Part shown: positions 56,757-64,000 of the stretch, in pieces
Numbering within the stretch: position 1 is the first letter of the stretch
How the letters are laid out: every line of letters begins with the position of its first letter
Origin: Candidatus Hadarchaeota archaeon
Lineage (GTDB): Archaea; CAYQAE01; CAYVLA01
DNA length: 64,000 nt
Assembly (NCBI GenBank): GCA_964621445.1
Contig: CAZUNO010000003.1
Location: forward strand, 1-64,000
Direction: 5' to 3'
The notes under the pieces: model-generated
What the model was told of the DNA's origin: nothing
Databases searched by the model: none
Seen by the model: only the letters and a program-made list of their open reading frames with translations
Translations under genes and position numbers: made by a program

Positions 56757-59117
56757 CTACCTTTGTCTCCTTCTCAGCCAGGTCTCTGCAACACCTATGC
56801 CCCGATATTCGCCAACCATGGACCAGACCAGGGTTAATGATCCCCCCTCGGTTGCCTCTCTGGGTAATTCGAAAACGAACTGCTTGGGCTGTTTTGGAAT
56901 TTCCATTGGTCCGTGGACCTCGATACCACTGTTGGCGTCCAACTTTAACCTCGTGGTGTGTCTGTATCCCCCATAAGTTACCGTCAGCTCGTAAACCGAA
57001 ACGGGATCGAGGTTCTCGTAACGCATCTTCAAGGGGGCTCCCCAAAGGGTGTTTATCTGTCTCCTCCAGGACAGCCTGCCACCTTTGGCCTTCTCAAAAT
57101 CGAATGCCAGGGCCGGCCTCTCCACCCTGCCGGGATCCTCCTCCCAATCGATTTCCCTGACCAGGTGGGGTTGTTCCTCCGGGTTCCCTAGGTCGTCGTA
57201 AAACCCTCCAGGACCGGCGTCCTTCCAGTTAATCACCTGGTCCACGACCCGCGGGGTCTCCTCATCATTCCCGCTATCCAAAAGGGGTTCTAACTTGGCG
57301 GTAATCCATTCGGAATTATTCAGTGGCTCGTCGAGAAAGTCAAGAATGTCAGCTCTTTGCCGTCCTGCACCGTACTTCCTGCCCAGTTTCATGCCTATAT
57401 TCTGATTTAGTGAAGCAGCCAGAGCTTCGACCCTTTTTCTCAGATCGGTGTCTCCCCCTCTTCGACCAATGATATCCAGGCACGATCTTAGCGAATCCAC
57501 CGATACCTTGCCAGAAAGTTCCTTGAGAGCTTTTTTCTCCAGCTCGTGTTCCTCTTCAAGTTTCCCCTTCACGTATGCATCGAGGTAAGCTCTCAGCACA
57601 AGGAGCTGGAACCGCCAGTTATTCTTCACCGTCTGGGGAGCATCTCGCTCTATCTCACGCCACAATTCGAGAGTGGCTTCAACTGACTCGTTGGTCAGAA
57701 GACTTCCTTTCCAGTTTTGTTCCAGGGCCAAGATGCCCCTTGCCATCTCACCGTTCATGCGGCCTCCCATCAGGTACCGCGAATAATCCGTTAATATCTC
57801 CATCAAAGGGGTGTCGGGGTCCCAGTCCAGGGCGCTCCAAAGTATCTTGTTCAGGTCATCGTTCACACCATCTGAATATGTGACACTACCGCAGAAGTTC
57901 TCGGCGTACAGGTTATGGATATGCTTATGATCCCTGGGACGGGGGTTGGGACACTCCCGGCCCTCAATTAGGGCATATGCGTGGTCCCAATCAGGGGCCT
58001 GGTATTGACACCTTACCGAGTGGCATATATCCGGGTAATTCCGTACCTGGTAATCCCCGGGAAGCCTTTCTCGCATGGTCTCCACCTTCTGGGTTGCCCA
58101 TGGAGAATAAACGAGGCCCCCCAGCCAACTCGGCATATGTTCCTCGATATACTGGTATAGGTAATCATTTTCCCGTGGAGTGAACATCTGGTTGGAAACC
58201 CAAATCTTGGCCTGGGGATGATTTTCCCGGAGTATTGGTGCTAGCTTTCCGGCCAGCTCCATCATCGTCCTTGCCCAGGGCTGACATTTCTCGCATTCGC
58301 ATCCTCCAGGGTCCCCGCCAGGTATGAATACGTGATCTATCCTCTCCAAAGCTCCGAAAAGCTTACGCCTTGATTCCAGTAGTGCCTTTAGACCATTTGA
58401 GGTTGAAGGACAGAGGCGTTCACCGGGTTTGAAACCTTCAATTTCCTGACCCTCGAGAACCGTGTCATTCATGGGCATCCAAACATGGACCTGGAGATCA
58501 TAGGAGTCCAATATCCTCGATAGGTCTTTTGCCATTTGCCAGGCCTTACGCCCGAACCCAGCTTCGTTGATTACCTCCTTGGACGTAGACGGTGCTATGA
58601 GTTCTATGCTGTTGGCTCCCCAGGCCACGAGGTCCCTTATATACTGCTCGTATTCCTCCGTTCCCCAGGAATCGTAGGTGTTGCTCTTGCGACGATAGCC
58701 AATCTGATGGCCTCTCATGGGGTACTGGGGATTACTATGAAGGGAGAAATCGTGTTCTACCCCCACGCCACCGATGGAATATACCATCCTTCTCAGAAGA
58801 CGGCCCACCCCGAAGAGAAGTCCCCTGGAATCCGATCCAAGCACCCAGACCAGATTCCTGTCGCCATCAGCGCCAATGAAGTACCCCTCGGGTTCCACCG
58901 GGCAATTTTCGGTCCCAACTTCCTGGCCTAGATACCCCGGTTGATCCCTGGTTCCTAGTGCAATAACCGGCCGGGAATCATCACCCTCCCAATCTCCTAG
59001 ACGTACTCCGGTTCTCCTCTCAATCTCCTCCACCAGCATCTGTTTTGCCTTGGGTCCTGGTTTATCTTCGAAGAAAAGACGAACGCAGGCTTCGCTCAGA
59101 TCGAATTCCCTCTCCAT
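56757..59117 (-). CDS. Glycoside-hydrolase-like protein (GH20/GH67-type N-terminal domain plus TIM barrel)
   Basis: PEGY....V.G.D.RGLLFGVGRLL, P.YPMRGHQIGYR, PGGDPG, YSDGVNDD.NK. Confidence 0.6.
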   Translation of the reverse strand: MEREFDLSEACVRLFFEDKPGPKAKQMLVEEIERRTGVRLGDWEGDDSRPVIALGTRDQPGYLGQEVGTENCPVEPEGYFIGADGDRNLVWVLGSDSRGLLFGVGRLLRRMVYSIGGVGVEHDFSLHSNPQYPMRGHQIGYRRKSNTYDSWGTEEYEQYIRDLVAWGANSIELIAPSTSKEVINEAGFGRKAWQMAKDLSRILDSYDLQVHVWMPMNDTVLEGQEIEGFKPGERLCPSTSNGLKALLESRRKLFGALERIDHVFIPGGDPGGCECEKCQPWARTMMELAGKLAPILRENHPQAKIWVSNQMFTPRENDYLYQYIEEHMPSWLGGLVYSPWATQKVETMRERLPGDYQVRNYPDICHSVRCQYQAPDWDHAYALIEGRECPNPRPRDHKHIHNLYAENFCGSVTYSDGVNDDLNKILWSALDWDPDTPLMEILTDYSRYLMGGRMNGEMARGILALEQNWKGSLLTNESVEATLELWREIERDAPQTVKNNWRFQLLVLRAYLDAYVKGKLEEEHELEKKALKELSGKVSVDSLRSCLDIIGRRGGDTDLRKRVEALAASLNQNIGMKLGRKYGAGRQRADILDFLDEPLNNSEWITAKLEPLLDSGNDEETPRVVDQVINWKDAGPGGFYDDLGNPEEQPHLVREIDWEEDPGRVERPALAFDFEKAKGGRLSWRRQINTLWGAPLKMRYENLDPVSVYELTVTYGGYRHTTRLKLDANSGIEVHGPMEIPKQPKQFVFELPREATEGGSLTLVWSMVGEYRGIGVAETWLRRRQR

Positions 59118-59178
59118 GATCTATCCTCCACGGTCACCGCTCTTCAATGAAACACATGTTTATCCTCCAAGGTATTGT

Positions 59179-59400
59179 TTATTCAAAGACCCTTACGCTA
59201 GGAAGAATGCTCATCCTGATATAGAGAAGGAAAAGGCCACCGAAAAGTATCAACACGCCCCAGGGAACGAACTTCCAACGCTCCGCCATGTCAGGTAAGG
59301 CCAAACCGAGAAGAAGAACCCCGACCACGAGCAGTACCAGGCCCATAAGGACGGGAAGCACTTTCTGGGTCCCTGACCAGGGTTCAAGGGCTTCCTTCAT
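59179..59400 (-). CDS. Small two-TM membrane protein at the end of the hydrogenase operon
   Basis: ATGA overlap with the ehbP stop; two hydrophobic helices. Confidence 0.6.
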   Translation of the reverse strand: MKEALEPWSGTQKVLPVLMGLVLLVVGVLLLGLALPDMAERWKFVPWGVLILFGGLFLLYIRMSILPSVRVFE

Positions 59401-59672
59401 TCCTCAGCATCCCCCGATTTCATTGATTCCATGGCCTTCTTCACGACCTCAATGGCCTGTACCAGGTTTTCCCCCTCCTTGACCGGTCTCACCACCAGAT
59501 CCAGCTCCCTGATAGCCTCAATCATCCCCTCCGAATATATGGGTATATCGATCTTGACCGGCTCGTCCAAAGGATTACCAACCACAACGTCCCTGTAGGG
59601 CAGGTCGGCCACGGGCTCGCATATGTATCCTCCTAGATTTATGACCTTGCCCGGTTCAAAGTAATACTTCAT
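59397..59672 (-). CDS. ehbP: Energy-converting hydrogenase B subunit P
   Basis: LGGYICE...PYRDVVVGNP.DEPVKIDIP; position after the NuoH-like subunit. Confidence 0.75.
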   Translation of the reverse strand: MKYYFEPGKVINLGGYICEPVADLPYRDVVVGNPLDEPVKIDIPIYSEGMIEAIRELDLVVRPVKEGENLVQAIEVVKKAMESMKSGDAEE

Positions 59673-60691
59673 CAGACGAAACCTCCTATGGTCATCACAA
59701 AGGTGAAGAACCCGACCAGGGTAAGGGCGATCGACAGCGGGATGAGCTGCCTAAAGGTCAGTATGGGACTGAAAGCGCTGAGAATTGACATGGCCACTGG
59801 CAGTATGAGGACCAGTAACAGGTGCAAAAGCAAGGCCACCTCATCCAGAGGGTTCAGCGGGATGCCAAGATATAGGGTAACAAATATGCTGGAAACGGCA
59901 AACATGACCAGGGCCCGCATGAGATAGTAACTAGCCCTCCAGCTGGAGGCCAGCTCCATCATAGGTCCCTCCAGGATGTCCGCCTTGGCCTTACCAATGG
60001 AGAACGGATATTCGTTAAGGATGGCCACGTATCCGAAAAAGAAGACTATGGCCCCGATAATCCCCGGAACGGTTAATATGAAGGGGTTTCCCCCAGATTG
60101 GGCATTGATAATATCCAGGATGTTTATCGATCTGGTGTAGGCAACCGGTATGAAAAGTGCCACGTAAAGGGGAAGAGAGGCTAGCATTATCATCTTCCAC
60201 ATTCTCACGGATCCCCAGTTCTCAAGGGTTGACCTCGCCGCCTGAGGCCACTTGGACCCCTTTGCGGTGTCCGGATATGGAAGCCTGACCGATAGAATGT
60301 TGGATGAGAGGTAGCCCATGACCACGTATACGAATTCCTCCACCTTGAGCAGCCCGATAATTGCCACCAAGCTACCAAGCCCCAGGATATCCGACCACTG
60401 GGGAGTGAGGAAAAGCACCACGAAGTAAACGGACCCAATGCCCACGAAGGGGCTCCACTTGTAGAGCGTGGGCATGGAGGATGTAATTATGGGCTTGTGC
60501 TTGAAGATAAACTTGAAAATGCTGAAGAAACCCGGGGTTAGGATACCGGGACCAATTCTCTGCTGGATTCGGGCCTGGATTTTTCTCTCAATCCCCGGTA
60601 ACACCGTTGCATAAAGCATGGAAACCATGGGTATTCCAAATGAAGCGATGAGAACGCCGCCAATGAAATCTGGATCGGTTAACCAGTCCAT
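59672..60691 (-). CDS. ehbO: Energy-converting hydrogenase NuoH-like membrane subunit
   Basis: GIERKIQARIQQRIGP, PF....K.D..EG...E; about 8 TMs. Confidence 0.8.
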   Translation of the reverse strand: MDWLTDPDFIGGVLIASFGIPMVSMLYATVLPGIERKIQARIQQRIGPGILTPGFFSIFKFIFKHKPIITSSMPTLYKWSPFVGIGSVYFVVLFLTPQWSDILGLGSLVAIIGLLKVEEFVYVVMGYLSSNILSVRLPYPDTAKGSKWPQAARSTLENWGSVRMWKMIMLASLPLYVALFIPVAYTRSINILDIINAQSGGNPFILTVPGIIGAIVFFFGYVAILNEYPFSIGKAKADILEGPMMELASSWRASYYLMRALVMFAVSSIFVTLYLGIPLNPLDEVALLLHLLLVLILPVAMSILSAFSPILTFRQLIPLSIALTLVGFFTFVMTIGGFV

Positions 60692-60693
60692 CG

Positions 60694-61902
60694 TTACTGC
60701 CTCCTCATATCCTCCACGCTCATGATCCTCTCATCTCCCCTCTCATCAACCACCACGAATCTGTTGCAGCAGGTCAAACAAGGATCACAACTGGCTAGAG
60801 TAACCACGCCGTCGGTGAGTTGATCCCCTATACACGCAACTTCCATGGTGGCCAGGTTGGTCATGGTCGGTGTTCTGACTATGTAGTGATTGATCTTACC
60901 CAGAGCATTCAGGGAATACGAATGGTATAGCTCACCACGAGGGACCTCCGTATATCCATGTTGCATCTCCATGGCCCCCGTCTCCCAGTCCCTGTTCAGA
61001 ACCTGATCGTCCCCCATGGCCATTTCAACGCACTGCTTTGCGATATCCAGGGAGACAAAACACTCCAGGGCCCTGGTCTTAATTCGTGCCGCGTTGTCGC
61101 CCTCGTCGAGAACGACCATCTCCCAATCGAAGTTCTCGTACTCATACATGTGGGTCCGATGATCAAATTCCAGGCCCGAGGCCCTTCCCGTGGGCCCGTT
61201 TGCGTGGTACTTCTTGGCCATATCCCTGTCACAGAGCCCGACTTCGCTCAGCCTGGACATGACCATCACGTCGGATAATACACGGTCCACGAATTCCTTC
61301 AACTTTGCCTCCAGATCGTCCATGGCCGCCAGTATCTTCTTGCCCTTCCATTCCGGGATCTGTGTTCTGGGCCTCACCCCGCCGAGGACCGGTATGGAAT
61401 AGTGTACTCGATTTCCGGAGATCATGTACAATAGCTGCATGACCGGCTCTCTCATCAGGAAGGTCCGGTAGGCAAATGTCTCATGGCCCAGGACCTCACA
61501 AGCATGGGCTATGAAGATAAGGTGGCTATGCAGCCTCTCCAGTTCCTGGCCCAGAACCCGTATGGCCACTGCTGCCTCGGGTGGCTCTATTCCCAGGCCG
61601 ATCTCGGCTGTACGCACGGAGTTGAAAAGATGGCCATGGCTGCAGATTCCGCATATACGCTCGGTGATTATATTCGCCTTTTCCACCCGCATGCCCTGCA
61701 GTATTCTCTCTATACCTCTGTGAGCCGGGTCCACCTCGATTTCGCAGTCCCGAATTATCTCGTCCTCAACGAAATACCTGGTCCTATAGGGTTCAAGCAA
61801 CGCGGAGTGGTTGAAACCTATGGGAACCTCGGTCTCGAAGGTTTTTTCCCTCGACCTGCCCTTTCCCATGAATTCGGCATATGGATCATCTTCGGTAGCC
61901 AT
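60694..61902 (-). CDS. ehbN: Group 4 [NiFe]-hydrogenase large subunit (Ehb-type)
   Basis: L1 ERICGICSHGH, L2 DPCLTCCNR followed by a C-terminal extension, HRGIE, ELERLHSH, EVPRGE, RTPT. Confidence 0.85.
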   Translation of the reverse strand: MATEDDPYAEFMGKGRSREKTFETEVPIGFNHSALLEPYRTRYFVEDEIIRDCEIEVDPAHRGIERILQGMRVEKANIITERICGICSHGHLFNSVRTAEIGLGIEPPEAAVAIRVLGQELERLHSHLIFIAHACEVLGHETFAYRTFLMREPVMQLLYMISGNRVHYSIPVLGGVRPRTQIPEWKGKKILAAMDDLEAKLKEFVDRVLSDVMVMSRLSEVGLCDRDMAKKYHANGPTGRASGLEFDHRTHMYEYENFDWEMVVLDEGDNAARIKTRALECFVSLDIAKQCVEMAMGDDQVLNRDWETGAMEMQHGYTEVPRGELYHSYSLNALGKINHYIVRTPTMTNLATMEVACIGDQLTDGVVTLASCDPCLTCCNRFVVVDERGDERIMSVEDMRRQ

Positions 61903-62348
61903 CAGTCGGACCTCGCAGAAAGTATCTTGATCGCCGTTGCAGCTGTAGATATTATGTCCCGGGGGCGTGGTGGACAGCCAGGGACCTTGGCGTCGACCGG
62001 TATTATCTCTTCAACCGGGCCCGCCAGTTCCCAGCTTGATCCAAGGTCGCCTCCCAGATTCTTGTACACGTTTCCATTTATGGCACAGGCACCAACCGCA
62101 GCCACGACCTTGGGCTCCGGTATCGCTTCGTATATCTCCTTCAACGCGGGTGCTATCTTTTTGGTAACCGGGCCGGTCACCAGTAAAACGTCAGCCTCTC
62201 TCGGATTCCAGGTGAGCAAGACGTTGTACTGCTCCAAATCGTGGACCGGGGAAAACATGGAGGCTACTATCTCTATATCACAGCCATTACATCCGCCGGT
62301 GTAGACCACCATGACATGAATTGAACGCTTTCTGGCCAGGGATTTCAT
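61902..62348 (-). CDS. ehbM: [NiFe]-hydrogenase small subunit (NuoB-like)
   Basis: [33 protein letters not shown]. Confidence 0.85.
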   Translation of the reverse strand: MKSLARKRSIHVMVVYTGGCNGCDIEIVASMFSPVHDLEQYNVLLTWNPREADVLLVTGPVTKKIAPALKEIYEAIPEPKVVAAVGACAINGNVYKNLGGDLGSSWELAGPVEEIIPVDAKVPGCPPRPRDIISTAATAIKILSARSD

Positions 62349-62875
62349 TCCACTTCCTCCTGGTCTATTATGGTGCTGGCCTCATCGGCAAGAAGCCTCT
62401 GTATCTCAGCCATCTTGTTATCGGGTATCTTTACGGGTATCTCCAAGAGCTCCGTGGGGTCCTTGGTCAGGTCGGATAGGTCCCTTGGATTGGCCACCTC
62501 TCTGGGGTGGATGGTGGCCGGGAGCCCAAATAAGGCGGTTACCGGACAGTTGTCGTGGCACTGGAAACAGTAGATGCACCTCATGGTATCGATCCTTGGT
62601 ATGCTCTTCTTAACGTAACCGGGAAGTATCTCAACCGGTTCATCTATGGGAACCATCTCAATGCAGTCCATGGGGCACACATTGGCACAAGCACCACATC
62701 CCAGACAACCGTCAACGTTCTCCAGCTGATTAGGTTTAACCGAGCCCGTTAGTATCTCCTTTCTAAGATCCATGCTGGTGGCTCGATCATACCCGAATAA
62801 TAACCTGGAAAGATTCGTGTAGATCCCCTTGAGGAACACCCTGAGGAAACTGGATAATGACATGCCTCGCATCAC
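62345..62875 (-). CDS. ehbL: 2x[4Fe-4S] NuoI-like subunit
   Basis: [12 protein letters not shown] and [12 protein letters not shown]...TIHPR. Confidence 0.78.
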   Translation of the reverse strand: MMRGMSLSSFLRVFLKGIYTNLSRLLFGYDRATSMDLRKEILTGSVKPNQLENVDGCLGCGACANVCPMDCIEMVPIDEPVEILPGYVKKSIPRIDTMRCIYCFQCHDNCPVTALFGLPATIHPREVANPRDLSDLTKDPTELLEIPVKIPDNKMAEIQRLLADEASTIIDQEEVE

Positions 62876-63999
62876 CTCTCTCCAAGTTCAACTCCGTTAT
62901 CGAATTTTCTCCATACCCTTATGGCATTCACCGGACATATATGGCCGCAGGCTCCGCAATGCACGCACTTCTCGGGGTCGACGTTAATATCTTCGTCTAT
63001 GGCGTCATGGGGACAGTTCTGGACACAGAGCATACATTGCACGCATAGATCCTTGTCAACCTTGGTCTCTCCCTCCACAACCTCCTTCTTCGGCAGGTTG
63101 GTGAGAATTGGTATGGCATCGTACGGACAATAGGATGCACATGTCTCGCAGAGTATGCATTTATCGAGATCGACCTTTACATTCTCGCCGGGCGATAGGG
63201 TAATGGCCCCGGTGGGACATACCTGAGAACAGGTACCGCACCTGGTACAGGCGTCAGTAACCGACCCATCCCATTTCACCCTGGCAAAGGATATGGCGTC
63301 CTCCGGGCATTCCTTGATACATTTCCCACATAATATGCAGGTGCCCTTGTAGATGCCGTTCTCCTCATGTCTAATATCCATGGGGCAGACATCGATACAC
63401 CTGCCACACTTTACGCAGACGCTGGGATCATTGAGGTACTTGCCCCTCTCCTCATAGATGGCCCTGGTAGGACAGCTCAATTCGCAGATGCCGCAGTTCG
63501 CACACCAGGTTATGGTTCCCTGTATCTCCTCGTCCTGAGGCGGCCTAATCTTTACTTCCCCATCCTCCACATAGATGGCTCCCTGCGGGCACTCGGGGAT
63601 GCACTTTAGGCAGTTGGTACATCTTCTGAGCATCTCGTAGTTATCCAGGTCGATGGCGTTGAAGGGGCATACATCCACACATCGGCCACATCTTGTGCAA
63701 CCCTCGGTCTCTATATCAAGGCTTATGGCCGAGGCAGGGCATATGATCTCGCAGCGGCCGCACTTAACGCACTTCTCCTCGTCAATGGTGATGCTTCTCT
63801 TCTTGATCTCGCCTTTGGGCTCCTCTTCCTTACGGAGGTCCTCCTTGATCTCCTCGGCCGTCTTCTCAATATAGGCCAGGTCCATCAGCTTGTCCACGAG
63901 TTCCTCCTTTCTGTATTTCAGGAACCCTCCACCATCGACCCTGGCATTTACTGGACAGACATCCACGCACTTACCACATCTGCTGCAGATGCCGATTGG
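62872..63999 (-). CDS. ehbK: Polyferredoxin, 5' end outside the window
   Basis: The frame is open to the window edge (PIGICSRCGKCVDVCP); 11 CxxCxxCxxxCP motifs are visible. Confidence 0.8.
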   Translation of the reverse strand, partial: PIGICSRCGKCVDVCPVNARVDGGGFLKYRKEELVDKLMDLAYIEKTAEEIKEDLRKEEEPKGEIKKRSITIDEEKCVKCGRCEIICPASAISLDIETEGCTRCGRCVDVCPFNAIDLDNYEMLRRCTNCLKCIPECPQGAIYVEDGEVKIRPPQDEEIQGTITWCANCGICELSCPTRAIYEERGKYLNDPSVCVKCGRCIDVCPMDIRHEENGIYKGTCILCGKCIKECPEDAISFARVKWDGSVTDACTRCGTCSQVCPTGAITLSPGENVKVDLDKCILCETCASYCPYDAIPILTNLPKKEVVEGETKVDKDLCVQCMLCVQNCPHDAIDEDINVDPEKCVHCGACGHICPVNAIRVWRKFDNGVELGER

Positions 64000-64000
64000 A

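Noticed and set aside
60760-60790. Possible selenocysteine in the hydrogenase L2 motif
   Set aside because: The motif is DPCLTCCNR with ordinary Cys codons.
1-64000. CRISPR arrays, rRNA, transposases, integrases, reverse transcriptases, inteins
   Set aside because: No regularly spaced repeats or diagnostic motifs were seen, and core genes have normal lengths.

Overview
Gene-dense archaeal chromosomal window. Archaeal markers include TBP, a thermosome subunit, Hel308, XPB, a Clp1-like kinase, an intron-containing tRNA-Thr and TATA-type promoters. The finer lineage cannot be fixed by eye. Bases 1-3100, downstream of the tRNA-Thr(UGU) 3' end, look like a decaying accessory island: DUF169, a frameshifted MtrA-like corrinoid gene, arsR, arsM, and two back-to-back gene stumps. 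The middle mixes housekeeping genes (glnA, ppsA, tbp, thermosome, hel308, serB) with many sugar/organic-catabolism enzymes and ion/osmotic transport genes (MgtE-like plus PhoU-TrkA_C module, two MscS, ZnuABC). The right end carries the distal part of an Ehb-type energy-converting [NiFe]-hydrogenase operon (ehbK-L-M-N-O-P plus a small membrane ORF). The most unusual items are: (1) an MscS channel fused to a signal peptide, a beta-propeller and a DUF11 Ig-like ectodomain, next to a plain MscS paralogue; (2) a 782-aa fusion of an unknown domain to an apparently catalytically dead Zn-ADH domain; (3) a sulfatase-family protein with Thr at the formylglycine position; (4) an MtrA-like gene inside an arsenic-methylation cluster; (5) a Tat-exported, membrane-anchored DUF362 protein with NapG/NapH-like partners; (6) an orphan protein with four ~39-aa repeats. 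No CRISPR array, rRNA, transposase or integrase was seen. All family calls come from motif recognition by eye; no searches were run.
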